Of a stretch of 64,000 nt of DNA, positions 5,701 through 16,480 are shown piece by piece. The stretch comes from an uncultured Chthonomonadaceae bacterium (lineage in GTDB: Bacteria; Armatimonadota; Chthonomonadetes; Chthonomonadales; Chthonomonadaceae). Below the pieces are notes generated by a model. It made no database searches. It saw nothing but the letters and a program-made list of their open reading frames with translations, and was not told the DNA's origin. Each line of letters begins with the position of its first letter. The stretch's first letter is position 1. Made by a program: the position numbers and the translations under genes. The stretch is from assembly GCA_963835065.1 (NCBI GenBank), contig CAWIEK010000063.1, positions 128,001 through 192,000 of the forward strand, in the 5' to 3' direction.

Positions 5701-8391
5701 CTACTTATCGCGTTCGGTTCCGCTGTTGAGGGCAGCCTGGGCAGCGGCCAGTCGGGCAATGGGAACGCGGAAGGGAGAGCAGGACACGTAGTTGAGGCCG
5801 ATCTTGTGGCAGAACTTCACGCTTTCCGGTTCGCCGCCATGCTCGCCGCAGATGCCCAACTTGATGTCGGGACGCACCTGCTTGGCGCTTGCCACCGCCA
5901 TCTGCATCAGTTTGCCCACGCCGGCTTGATCTACGGTGTCGAAGGGATCAGCGGCCAGGATTTTCTGCTCGATGTAGGGCACGAGGAACTTGCCCGCATC
6001 ATCACGGCTGAACCCAAACGTCATCTGCGTCAGGTCGTTGGTTCCGAACGAGAAGAAGGCCGCGTTGCCATTAGCCGGGTCTGCCAACTGATCGGCGACG
6101 AGGCAGGCGCGCGGGATTTCGATCATCGTGCCGAACATGTAGTCGAGTTCGACGCCCGCGTTGGCGATTACGTCGTTGGCGACCCGCTCCAGATTGCCAC
6201 GCACGGACTTGAGTTCGTTGACGTGGCCGACGAGCGGGATCATGATTTCGGGGTGAACGTCCTTGCCCCGCTTCTTCACGGCTGCCGCGCCCTGCAAAAT
6301 GGCGCGTACCTGCATTTCGACGATGCCGGGGAACACAATGGAAAGACGGCAGCCGCGCAGTCCCATCATTGGGTTTGCTTCGCGCATTCCCTCGACGGCT
6401 TGCAGCAGGGCTTCCTTCTTGTGCAGTTCCTCGCTGTCGCCCTTTGCCCGCAGTTCCGTCACCTGTACGAGCAGTTCGTCGTGGGAGGGCAGGAACTCGT
6501 GCAGGGGCGGGTCAATCAGGCGGATGGTGACGGGCTTGCCGTCCATGACCTCGAAGATGCCCTCGAAGTCCTTCTGTTGTATGGGCAGCAGCCGATCCAA
6601 GGCGTTTTTGCGGACGGCTTCATCCGTCGCCAGAATCATTTCCTGCACGATGGGCAGGCGATCCTGCTCGAAGAACATGTGTTCGGTGCGGCACAGGCCG
6701 ATGCCTTCCGCGCCCAGATCAAGCGCCTGCTGCGCGTCGCGGGGGTTGTCGGCATTGGTGCGGACGCCCATTTTACGGAAGCTGTCGGCCCATACCATCA
6801 GTTCGCTGAACGCGCCGGACACTTCGGGCGCGATCAGTTTCAGCGCGCCCACATAAACCGCGCCGCTGGAACCGTCCATCGTAATCGTGTCACCCTCGCG
6901 CACAACCACGTCGCCAACGGTCATGGTTTTAGCTTCGGCGCTCACTTTCAGGCTTTCCGCGCCCGCTACGCAGGGGATACCGAAGCCGCGCGCCACAACT
7001 GCGGCGTGACTGGTTTTGCCGCCCCGGGCGGTGAGGACGCCCTGCGCCGCGAGCATACCATGAACATCGTCGGGGTTGGTTTCGTCGCGGACGAGAATCA
7101 CTTTGCCGCCCGCGCCGCCGTGTACGCCCTGCAAAGCGGCGGTGTCGGCGTCAAAAACCGCTTTGCCGACGGCAGCGCCGGGAGAAGCCGCAAGCCCGGT
7201 CGCAATCTTTTTCGCGCTGTCGAGTACGGCGGGGTCAATGCGCGGGTGCAGCAGTTGGTCTACGTGCGAACCCGTGACGCGATTGACGGCCTCTTCTTTG
7301 GAAATCAAGCCCTCATGCACCATGTCAACCGCGATACGCACGGCAGCCGGCCCCGTGCGCTTGCCGGAACGACACTGGAGCATGAACAGTTTGTTGTGTT
7401 CAATGGTGAACTCAATGTCCTGCATGTCCTTGTAGTGGTCTTCCAGACGGTCGCAGGTTTCGATAAACTGCTTGTAAATTTGCGGGTTCTGCTGCTCCAA
7501 GTGGGAAATCGGAACCGGGGTGCGGACGCCGGCAACCACATCCTCGCCCTGCGCGTTCATCAGGTACTCGCCGAAAATGGCCTTTTCACCGGTAGAGGGG
7601 TCGCGGGTAAACGCAACGCCCGTGCCGCAATCGTCGCCCGCGTTGCCGTACACCATAGACTGGATGTTGACGGCTGTGCCGATGTCATCGGGGATTTTTT
7701 CGGTGCGGCGGTACACAATGGCGCGATCCGTATTCCAGGAACGGAACACGGCCTCAACCGCCAATTGCAGCTGCTCGTAAGGATCGGTGGGGAATTCGCG
7801 GCCCGCGTGTTCGCGGACATGGGCGAGGAACAGTTCCGAAACCTGCCGCAGGTCGTCGGCGTTGAGTTCGAGGTCGTCCGTGACGCCCTTCTTTTCTTTG
7901 TATTCCTTGAAGATGTGGTTGTCGAAATCGTGCTTGGACAGGCCGAACGCCACATCCGAAAGCATCATAATGAAGCGACGGTAGGCGTCGTAGACAAAGC
8001 GGGGGTTGTCGGTTTCTTTGATCAGGGCGTCAATTGTGGTGGGATTGAGGCCGAGATTAAGCACGGTGTCCATCATGCCGGGCATGGAAAACTTCGCGCC
8101 GGAGCGCACGGACACGAGCAGGGGTTTCGCGTCGCCGCCGAACTCGCGCTCCATTTGCTTTTCTACGGCGCGGATAGCCTCTTTGACGGCGGGCATCAGG
8201 TCGGCGGGAACCTGCTTGCCATTGGCGTAGTAGGCGTTGCAGGTGTCGGTGGTGATGGTGAAGCCGGGGGGTACGGGCAGGCCGATGTTGGTCATTTCGG
8301 CGAGGTTGGCGCCTTTGCCACCCAGCAGGTCGCGCATGGATTTGTCGCCCTCTGCAAACAGATAGACGCGCTTCGTTGCCACTGCGGTCAT
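5701..8391 (-). CDS. ppdK: Pyruvate, phosphate dikinase
   Basis: LLGGKGANLAEM, LLVSVRSGA, GGKTSHAAVVARG (phospho-His), [19 protein letters not shown]; 896 aa. Confidence 0.99.
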   Translation of the reverse strand: MTAVATKRVYLFAEGDKSMRDLLGGKGANLAEMTNIGLPVPPGFTITTDTCNAYYANGKQVPADLMPAVKEAIRAVEKQMEREFGGDAKPLLVSVRSGAKFSMPGMMDTVLNLGLNPTTIDALIKETDNPRFVYDAYRRFIMMLSDVAFGLSKHDFDNHIFKEYKEKKGVTDDLELNADDLRQVSELFLAHVREHAGREFPTDPYEQLQLAVEAVFRSWNTDRAIVYRRTEKIPDDIGTAVNIQSMVYGNAGDDCGTGVAFTRDPSTGEKAIFGEYLMNAQGEDVVAGVRTPVPISHLEQQNPQIYKQFIETCDRLEDHYKDMQDIEFTIEHNKLFMLQCRSGKRTGPAAVRIAVDMVHEGLISKEEAVNRVTGSHVDQLLHPRIDPAVLDSAKKIATGLAASPGAAVGKAVFDADTAALQGVHGGAGGKVILVRDETNPDDVHGMLAAQGVLTARGGKTSHAAVVARGFGIPCVAGAESLKVSAEAKTMTVGDVVVREGDTITMDGSSGAVYVGALKLIAPEVSGAFSELMVWADSFRKMGVRTNADNPRDAQQALDLGAEGIGLCRTEHMFFEQDRLPIVQEMILATDEAVRKNALDRLLPIQQKDFEGIFEVMDGKPVTIRLIDPPLHEFLPSHDELLVQVTELRAKGDSEELHKKEALLQAVEGMREANPMMGLRGCRLSIVFPGIVEMQVRAILQGAAAVKKRGKDVHPEIMIPLVGHVNELKSVRGNLERVANDVIANAGVELDYMFGTMIEIPRACLVADQLADPANGNAAFFSFGTNDLTQMTFGFSRDDAGKFLVPYIEQKILAADPFDTVDQAGVGKLMQMAVASAKQVRPDIKLGICGEHGGEPESVKFCHKIGLNYVSCSPFRVPIARLAAAQAALNSGTERDK

Positions 8392-8489
8392 ATAGGTAAG
8401 GTCTCCTTCTTCGGGTTCAATACTTGGGATGCGTCTGTTATTGTACCAGAAAACGGCGGGAAGGGGTTACTGCGCGGCCAGGAAGGGAT

Positions 8490-8616
8490 TCACCACAGAG
8501 GCACAGAGGGGGCACAGAGGAAGACAAGGAGAAAAGGAGAAGAGGAGAAGAGGAGAGGGGAACCGCGAAAGACACCAAATAAACGAAAAAGACGAAAACA
8601 AAGTAGACAGGATGAA
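8490..8616. repeat. Composite dispersed repeat (CACCACAGAGGCACAGAG + AACCGCGAAA..AAATAAACGAAAA modules)
   Basis: The same modules recur at about 20905-20935, 59121-59160 and 61182-61203/61321-61350. Confidence 0.6.
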
Positions 8617-8660
8617 TGGAGGCTGTTGGGAAACAGGATATTGGTTCGCGCCAACCGGGT

Positions 8661-9020
8661 TCATTTTGCCGCGCCCTGCAACAGAGCGGCGGCGCGTTGT
8701 CCTGCGGCGCGTACTTCGGCGTGGACAAGCCGCTCTATTTCCGCCTGCAATTCGGCGGGAACTTCCTGGTTGGCGTCCTGCGCTTCGCGCCATTGCGTCC
8801 TCAGTTCTTCGCGCCGTTGCTGTTCGGCAGTAAAGAAACGATCCGGGCGCTGCTTTTGCATCACGATAAGGGTAGCGGCGTTATCATCGTCTTCCAATTG
8901 CGGCGTCAGGGCGTCCAGAGCCTCCCCCATCGTGTTGCCTGATGCCTGCTTGTTGCCGGCGACAGCGTGATACGCTGTTTCAGACGCGCTATCGGTTACG
9001 GGTACAACAGCAATGACCAT
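8661..9020 (-). CDS. Antitoxin-like hypothetical protein (family usually found upstream of an HNH gene)
   Basis: YHAVAGNKQASGNTMGEALDAL...RPDRFFTAEQQ...AELQAEIERLVHAE; AGGAG RBS; family link is from recall. Confidence 0.65.
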   Translation of the reverse strand: MVIAVVPVTDSASETAYHAVAGNKQASGNTMGEALDALTPQLEDDDNAATLIVMQKQRPDRFFTAEQQRREELRTQWREAQDANQEVPAELQAEIERLVHAEVRAAGQRAAALLQGAAK

Positions 9021-9056
9021 ACATTTCTCCCTTGTTCGCTAGAGGTAGCAACATAC

Positions 9057-9871
9057 TTAAACAACCCACTTATTCTTGAGGGCGTTCTGCCCTATTTTGC
9101 TTGCAGCAGCTATGATCTTTGAACGATTCCGAGCCAGCCACGCTTCTAATTCTAAAAAGAGTTCGGCAGAAGGGAATTGGTTGATAATCTTCTCATAACC
9201 GCACATGCTTAAATTAACACTTATAAAAGCAGTTAAGCAAACAGCGCCCGTCAGCAGTCCCGGTGTCATCTCCTCCGAGAAGTGGTCAAATGTGTAACGG
9301 AATATCCTAATGTATACATCATGTTCGTACCCTTCTATTCCGATAAGGTAGGCGTATAAACCCTCCGTTCCCTGCTGAACTTGCTGTAAGACAATTGTTC
9401 TTCTAAGCCTAAAATAATCAAGCACATGAAATAGGCGGCGTATGCCATTCTGACAATAGGCTGCGAACCAGCATCATACGCTTCAATGTAGTTTGCAAGC
9501 GGCTCTGCTTGCAGCAATTTGCGCATTACTACGATTAGTTGAGTATCAAATGGCGTAGTGCCGGTGAATTCGTCGCCGCAAGAAACCTCGCCTCCCGCGC
9601 TACGCTTCATTTCTACGACGTAATCTCCACGCCTGAAACTTTCCCAAGACAAACTGTGCTGTTGCATCCCTTCTTCCATCAAATCTATAAGCCAGTGAGC
9701 AAACACTACATTTTCGGACGCAGCATATCTTGTCGCTTCCATGATTACCAGTGTTTCCTCGCGGTCAAGCCGGCTTGCTTCTGGTGTTTCCCTTCCTGTA
9801 TCGTGTTTTCGGTAAATTCTCTGCATGATGGTTTGCAGGTAATCATCGTTGCTCATGCTTGTAACCTTCAC
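9057..9871 (-). pseudogene. Low-GC hypothetical gene split by an apparent frameshift near 9425-9430
   Basis: ORFs 9335-9871 and 9057-9425 join as ...AAYFHVLDYFR... if one T is restored in TATTTC. Confidence 0.5.
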
Positions 9872-9901
9872 GATGTTGTGTCCGCACAGGGGGCTGCGAC
9901 T

Positions 9902-10240
9902 TTACACAAGATAAACGGCAACGCACAAGGCTTGCTCCACCTGATTTAGTGTAGCATCGGATACCTGTCCCATGCGTCGAACAAGCCTTGTCTTATCTAT
10001 GGCGCGGGCTTGATGGTAGAGAGCAACAGAGTCGCCGGTCAAGCCGCCTTCGCCTACCGCAACCTCTACACAGAAAGGATAGCCCGCCCAATTCAGATTG
10101 GACGTAAAAGGAACCACAACCGCAGTGCGCAAAAAGACGTTGAATGAATCGGCTTGCAGCACGAGAACGGGGCGCGTTCCCGCTTGCTCGGAACCTCGTG
10201 TCGGGTCCAGCGAGGCCATCCACAGTTCGCCGCGCTTCAT
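9902..10240 (-). CDS. mazF: PemK/MazF family endoribonuclease toxin
   Basis: MKRGELW..LDPTRGSEQAGTRPVLVLQ...VVVPFTS...DSVAL.HQARAIDKTRL. Confidence 0.93.
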   Translation of the reverse strand: MKRGELWMASLDPTRGSEQAGTRPVLVLQADSFNVFLRTAVVVPFTSNLNWAGYPFCVEVAVGEGGLTGDSVALYHQARAIDKTRLVRRMGQVSDATLNQVEQALCVAVYLV

Positions 10241-10335
10241 GCTTTGTCCGCCTCTTGAAGTTGCTAATTGTAACCGTCCATGCCTGCTTCTGCCAGAGCC
10301 ACATCTTCATCAGCAAGTTGGCTGTACAGGTTGGG
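10237..10335 (-). pseudogene. Remnant of the antitoxin gene upstream of mazF
   Basis: LYSQLADEDVALAEAGMDGYN*QLQEADKA* with the TGA overlapping the mazF ATG; internal TAG at 10264-10266; no clear N-terminus. Confidence 0.6.
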
Positions 10336-10395
10336 CGGCAAGTTCCCGCTGGACGATGTTTGCCTCACGCCGCAGAATACGTAATGCCTCACCAA

Positions 10396-10434
10396 AAGCC
10401 ATGCCCATGAGCAAAAAGGCTCATGGGCATGGCT
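10396..10434. terminator. Long hairpin downstream of the large secreted-protein gene
   Basis: AAGCCATGCCCATGAGC...GCTCATGGGCATGGCTT perfect inverted repeat. Confidence 0.7.
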
Positions 10435-10513
10435 TCGCGCCGCCACACACAGTGGGGCGTTACTTTGTTCAGATTGGCGCTGCCGACATCGTTCGCGCCG
10501 CCACACAGAGGGA

Positions 10514-13500
10514 TTATTTTTCCAGCGTGATGGCGGCGATTTTCAGGTCGGGCGCGTTGGGCAATTGTAAAGCGACAAGGTTGCGCGGCTCCTTGATCTT
10601 GATGGTGTAGTGGAACAGGGCCACCGCGCTGTTTTGTACCCCTTTGGGCGTGGCATACCGGCGCGACAGGAACGCGATCTCCTCGCCATGATGGGGCGGC
10701 TGATCCCAGCGCCCCGCAGCAAAGGTGTACAAATCCTCCGACTGGCTGGTCGGCTCCTGAAAAATCAGTTTCAGGCTGGCCGTCACGTCCTTGCCGGTGC
10801 AGGCGGCGAGGATGTGCAGGACGCGAACCGTGCCATTCGTTTTGCCCAGTTCCACGCGCTGACCCTTACAGGCGATGAAGTTCTTGTTTTTGCCGTCCTT
10901 GTCGCCCCACCGGAAGCTGATGCGCCGCGACGAGTCCGGCCCGGTCTTTTCGGAAAACAGCCACACGCCGCTGGACACAACCGGGCCTGTCGCATACGGC
11001 GGCAGCAGGGACGCGGGAAAGGCGTTGCCCTGCCCGTCAAAGTCGCCGTCGCCCGCGTGTTCCTCGTCCGTGATGCCGTCGAGATTGAACGCTTTGCTCA
11101 GGTCTACGAAGTTCAAGCGGCCATTGCGCACCTGAATCGTGTGTACCACTTCGTCGGCGGGATGCGTGGCGGCAAGCGTGGATGCCCACGTATCCCCGAC
11201 CTTGACATCCCAAACCAGCGTGTACGTGCCATCGTAGGGCGGCGGAGTCAGCCATGCCAGCACGTCACCCGTTGTCTGTCCGGGCGCAACGTCCTGTGAA
11301 ATGGGCGTGGTTTCATCCTCCCAGCTGTATTCGGCTCCGTCCTGATAGTACCAGTGGTAGCCGATGCGAACCTGGTCTTTCTTCCAGATTTGCGGGCCGT
11401 TGTTCAGCACGGTCAGGCGCACGGGCTGGCGGCGCTCGGCGGGCAGGGAGGGAAGGGTAGAATCGGACACGAACCGCGCCCCGAAATCCAAATCCACGAT
11501 GCTGACAGGCGTGGAGTGGGTTTTCGCGTTCCCACGCTGGTGTCTCCGTTTTCGCCCTGCGCCACTTCCCAATGTCCCGCGTAGGTCCACGTTTTCTTCC
11601 GGCGTCCAGACAGGCAGAGGTTTGCCGTCTGCATCCATAGCCGGGAATGGTGACGCGGGCCGTGACAGTTTGACCGGCGCAGACGTCACTTGGTCAGTTC
11701 CATCGTGGCGTCGGCAAGGGAAGACGGGCGTTTCAATCGCCGATCCTCAGGTGATTGTGGGCGAGGCGATGCGGGTCAGGCGGAAAGTGACACGCGCTCC
11801 TGCTGCTTTGCTCCACGTTACTCGCGCCATCATTGCGCAGAGTGGCCGTCGCCGCGTACACGCTTCCGGCTTCCATAAACGCGGGCACGTCAGCGCGTAC
11901 CAGGGTCGCGGCGAAGTCAGGCAGGCGTTTGTCGCCCGCCGCCGCAATCGTTATGGGAATTTGCAGCGCGGCTCCTGGATCGGTTCCGATATTCACTCCC
12001 TGCGCGCCTTTTTTGGCTTCATCGGCAAGCCGGATTTCCAGGGTGTAGTCGCCGGGCGCAAGCGGGCTGCCGTTTGCGGACGCGGCAACGCTCAAAGCGC
12101 TGTTGACGTTTTGTGTGGGCAGGGTTAAGGTCGCCAGAATTGCGCTCGCGCCCGCGCCAACCGGCGTACCGCTGCGCAGCCAGCGATAGGTGAACTGCAC
12201 GGGCGGATTGCCCGGAACGAGCGGCCCGCCCCAGGGTTCCACTCCCGTATTCTGCGCCCGCGCTTCTATGCTATAGGTTTGTCCGGCCAGCATGGTTTGG
12301 GGCGCGTTGTGAGACAGGAATTTTACGCTGCGCTTTGTCAGGCCGAGATACTGGCGCGCGTATTCGCGGGTGATGTCCGCCGTGCTGTACCCGGCTTCCA
12401 GCGTGGGCGCGATTTCCGCTCCAACGTCGTAATCGTTCCAGCCGTCGAGCAGTATCCAATCGGGGTTTTGCTTCAGCGCGGCCTTCCAGTTCTGGCGATA
12501 CGTGTCGCCGCTGTGGCGCGGCAAATAAGGCGCGTCGGGCGCGGTTTCCCCCGGCGCGTTTTCGCCCTGTGTGCCGTCGTAGCCCGCCCCGATACTGCCC
12601 GTTTTGATCCAGCCGCTGTTTTCAAACTGAAAACCCTTGTCGCGGGTGTCGGTAAAGTAGCCGTCCAGACCGGCTTTGCCTTTGAAGTCGCTGCCGCCCA
12701 AAACGAGCAAATCCGCGCCGTTAAAATCCTGTGCGAACCGCGTTCGCAGCGCATGAACGAATTGCCCGTCCATGTCCTTCCAGGCCGCCGCCGAGGACAG
12801 AAAGACAGGATACGCGACCCGCCCGCCACTTGCGGCTTGCAGCGTCACCTGCGCGCGAAACGCAGCCGGTATCTGGCGGTAAAAGTCGCGTACCATACCG
12901 TACAAAGCGGCCTGCGCCCCGGCTTCCTTCAAATCGGCCTGCGCGCCAAGCGCATCATTAAGGCTTGTGGTATCCAGGTACAAACCGACCTGCGGATAAT
13001 CCTGCCCGGTTTGCGCCAGCGATTGCAGGGCGCTTGCCATCACGCGCAGTCCCTTGTCGGCGTACAATCTACGGGCAGCCGCATCGCCCCGATATTCCGG
13101 CAGAACCACGTCAATGCCCGACCTCCGCATTTCGCGCAGTTGGTTGCGATGCCAGTCGGCCCGGTCATAACTGAGCCAGGGACCGACGCCTTCCAGGGGA
13201 TGATGGGCCAGGGCCGTGCTGCCGTTGGCGCGAACCACGCCGACAAGCGGCGCGGCCTTGCGCGGGTCGCCCTGATAGCGGTACGCATACCGCGCCATGA
13301 CCAGATGGGCAAGGGCTTGCGGCTTGTGTTCGGGCAGGTCCGGGACAGGGGGAGTGACGGCGCTTGCGGCAAGCATTTGGGGTGAAAATCGGGCGGGCGT
13401 GGCGGCAAACACGGGGCGGGCGCGGGCATCCAGAGTGCGCTGAAGCGAAAAATCTCCGCCTACTTCGTTGCTGCTGCCAAACTCAAACCTTGCCTGATTG

Positions 13501-14324
13501 TTCCACTCGCCCGCCAGCACGTCGCCGTCAATGTTGGGTTTGTTGGACGTGACGCGGGGGCTGAACAGCAGGCCGGGGCGCGAAGGCAGGGAGGAATTGT
13601 GCAGTTGGATTTCGTCCCACAGGCCGGGATTGTCCACATCCGCAGGCGCTTTCACCCGCGCGGACAGGCTTTGCACAGCGGGACTGCTCGGCACGATGCT
13701 TTGCGCCACAACGTTGAAGCCCATACGGGTTTCCGCGCTCGGCCTGCCGCCCAGATCCGCCCAGGGAATTGCGGCCTCAACCGTATAGCCCAATGCCGTG
13801 CCGCCGCTCGCCCGCCCCGCGCCTTTGGGCGTGACGACAAACTTGATGACACGCGAAAACAGAGCCGCCCGCGCCGCTTCCTGCTGCGGCTGCGTCAGGG
13901 ATTTGTCCGCGCCCAAGTCGGTAATTCGCTTCTGAATGTCCCCGATGCCGTTAAACAACGGGGTTTTCGTCGCGCCCGTATACAACTGCGCGCCGCCCGC
14001 CGCGCTTGCCACCAGGAACACGGTATGCGGGTTGGGCCTGGTTCCCTGATGGTCGTTGTCGGTTTGCAGGCTGACGATAACGGCGTCGTCTTCCAGGGGG
14101 TTAGAAAAAGGCGTGGCGTTTTTGCCGCTCGTGACCGGCTTGTTGACCTGAACCGCCACGTAGAAAAAGTCATCGTCCCAGGCGGTATAGCCCGCGATGT
14201 GATTGGCCGACTCAGTGGCAGTGGCGCGCGCCCCATTGGCCGGGGGCGCGGGCGTTTGTGCCCGGAGGGGAACCGCTATCGGCAGCAGCAGCGCCGCCGC
14301 AAGCGTCAGGGCTTGTTTACCCAT
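10514..14324 (-). CDS. Large secreted multidomain protein (CBM9-like, GH99/71-like barrel, Ig-like repeats); several frameshifts at about 11530-11830
   Basis: Signal peptide MGKQALTLAAALLLP; AWDDDFFYVAV, YTVEAAIPW, GIDVVL, WILLDGWND; repeated N.G...W and G.YTL Ig motifs; ORFs 11733-14429 and 10514-11689 are one reading path. Confidence 0.75.
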
Positions 14325-14521
14325 GAGAGCGCTCTCCTTACAAAAACGCCCGCGCAGTCGGAAGTTCCCGAAGCCCTTCGTATATGGCAACGGAAAGTAT
14401 CCACAGCGCACAGGCGCATGTTGTCTCATCTATTACAGGAATACGTGTCGTGTCTTACGTCTATTAAGAATACGTACAAGGCCGCCGAATGTGAACATTT
14501 TCGTCGGCTTAAAGATGGCGG

Positions 14522-14550
14522 ATAGTAGCACACATTCGCCGGGTTGTCAA
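14522..14550 (-). promoter_or_regulatory. Sigma70-type promoter for the large secreted protein
   Basis: TTGACA-17 nt-TACTAT with TG extension. Confidence 0.6.
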
Positions 14551-14665
14551 GGAAGCGTTTAGAAGCAGCAGGGCCGGCGCATCTTAACTGCGGCAAGCGT
14601 TGACATAACCCCGATAATTTAGGCAAGTGGGCATGTTCGTGCCAATGGCGTACAACTCGCTTCCC

Positions 14666-15424
14666 TTAAAAAGAGATCGGTTCGTAGGGGAGGGCCAGGC
14701 GCATGGACGAGGCGACAAGCTGCTGCTGCCAGTCCGCTTGTTCCCGCTTTTCGCGGATGTCGTCGTCGTAATGCACCAGGTACATGCGTTCGCGGAACTC
14801 GGCGGGGTATTCGCGTAACTGCTCGAAATGCGAATGAACCGTGTTGGCAAACAGGGGCTTGAAGGTGCAGTCGTGGAACACGCAGGCCGTGTCTTCAAAG
14901 AACCAGGGATCGGCGACGGCCAGCGTGTCGCAGGTGAAGCCGACAGACACGCGGCCTTCGGTAAGTTTCAGGCCGTAGGAAACCGCGTTGGGCACATGGG
15001 GAACCGGATGAATGTCCAGCGTCAGTTCTTCCCATTGATGCGGGACACCGACGCGCAGGGGAACCACGTCGAAATAATCCTTGAGTTCGCAGGAACAATC
15101 GCACACTTGCCCCATTGTGCCCGACAGCACATTGTTCCACAACCGGTCGGGCAGCGTTTCCGGGATGAACATGGTGGGGCGAATCTGCCATTGCAGCATG
15201 TTCCGAAAGCCCCACTCTTCCAGCCCATAGATATGGTCGCCGTGCAGGTGGCTGATGAAAACCGCGTCCAGGTCGCGCAGCGATAACTGCATGGCTTGCA
15301 GGCGTCCGGGAACCGTATGCCCGCAGTCAATCAGCAGGCGCTTGCCCCCGCTTTCCACAACCGCCGAAGAATTGCCCCAGTGCGTGGACCAGGCCGAACC
15401 GGTTCCGTTCCAGGTGATGTTCAT
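14666..15424 (-). CDS. MBL-fold metallo-hydrolase (RNase Z-like)
   Basis: GTGSA, LLIDCG, SHLHGDH, HVP, FTCDT, FHDC, VHSH, LVHY. Confidence 0.9.
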   Translation of the reverse strand: MNITWNGTGSAWSTHWGNSSAVVESGGKRLLIDCGHTVPGRLQAMQLSLRDLDAVFISHLHGDHIYGLEEWGFRNMLQWQIRPTMFIPETLPDRLWNNVLSGTMGQVCDCSCELKDYFDVVPLRVGVPHQWEELTLDIHPVPHVPNAVSYGLKLTEGRVSVGFTCDTLAVADPWFFEDTACVFHDCTFKPLFANTVHSHFEQLREYPAEFRERMYLVHYDDDIREKREQADWQQQLVASSMRLALPYEPISF

Positions 15425-15639
15425 GGCAAATCCTCCATGCGCGGCGCGTGATTGATTTTCAATGCGCAGAGCGCGTCAATTCTCCGGGTGCAAAGCGCAA
15501 AGCGCGGTGCCGCAGGCAAGCCCCGTGTAAAAATAAAATCGGCACAGGTATCTTACGCTTGTACATAACATTGTACACGAAAAGATACCTGTGCCGAATC
15601 ATTACGCCGGAAATATCAGCGCAAATAGTAATGCAAGCG

Positions 15640-16329
15640 TTATTTTTCCGTGCCGAACGCTTCCGCGCGGTCCCGTTTGGTCAGCGAATGGACCAGTTCC
15701 GCCGCCTGGCTTGCCGGCGTGGCGGAAGAGGTTGGCATGGCGGGCGTTTCCTGCATCGTCGTTGCGGGCGCTGCTGTGGCGGTTTCCGGCGTTCGCAGGC
15801 TGGGGTTCAGGCTGGCCGCGCTGCGGTACGTGCCCAGGCACTTGTCGGCGAGCGGGAAGAACACGTTCAGGTTTTGCAGCATGTACTTGTGGTGGATGCG
15901 GTGATGCTCCTTGACAAAGCGGTACACGCGCAGTTTTTCAAACCAGCGTCCATCGGGAACGTGCATGCAATAGTGGAAATACTCGTAGACGGTGTAGTAC
16001 GCGACCACGGAAGCCACGCCGCCCCACAAACTTTGCCAGCCGGTGAAATGCTGAATCAGCCAGAAGATGGGCAGGTGAAACGCGACGAACAGGGGAAGGG
16101 CAAACCAGTCCATCGCGATATGGTCTTTTTCCTGGCCTTCCTGCCACTCATACGAGGAGGGTTCAAACTTGTAGCGCTGATGATGCACGACGGTATGCGC
16201 GTTAAAGGTCTGTTTGATGAACTTCGGGGAGTGAAACAGATGTTTGTGAAACGCCCACTCGAAAAAGCTTTCGTACAGGAAGTAAACAACGAACGCGGCC
16301 AATTCCTGGCCGATGAGATTCCATGTCAT
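15640..16329 (-). CDS. Sterol desaturase/fatty acid hydroxylase family protein
   Basis: His boxes HKHLFH, HTVVHH, HYCMH, HHRIHH; TM segments. Confidence 0.9.
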   Translation of the reverse strand: MTWNLIGQELAAFVVYFLYESFFEWAFHKHLFHSPKFIKQTFNAHTVVHHQRYKFEPSSYEWQEGQEKDHIAMDWFALPLFVAFHLPIFWLIQHFTGWQSLWGGVASVVAYYTVYEYFHYCMHVPDGRWFEKLRVYRFVKEHHRIHHKYMLQNLNVFFPLADKCLGTYRSAASLNPSLRTPETATAAPATTMQETPAMPTSSATPASQAAELVHSLTKRDRAEAFGTEK

Positions 16330-16480
16330 ATCGAACAGTTTCCCTTCTCACTTCTGCGGCTTTGCGCCCCCGGCAAACGCAATTCAGCATTTCCTGACCA
16401 ACTCGCGGCAACATGCCAAAGTATATAGCGCACCAACCACTACGAACTAATCACCACTAAGGTTTCAGCGCTTTAACATA

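Noticed and set aside
133..6041. ppdK repeats as a DGR template/variable repeat pair
   Set aside because: Differences are mostly synonymous and not adenine-specific, and there is no reverse transcriptase in the window
5806..8970. 1054 aa + strand ORF and other long antisense ORFs
   Set aside because: Shadow frames of GC-rich genes such as ppdK, with no recognisable motifs
4431..10266. Two in-frame TAG codons as evidence of amber recoding
   Set aside because: TAG is the normal stop of conserved genes here (ppdK, nuoB), so these are better read as nonsense mutations or errors
10433..10510. Short direct repeat TTCGCGCCGCCACACA as an att site
   Set aside because: The copies are only about 60 bp apart, with no element between them and no integrase
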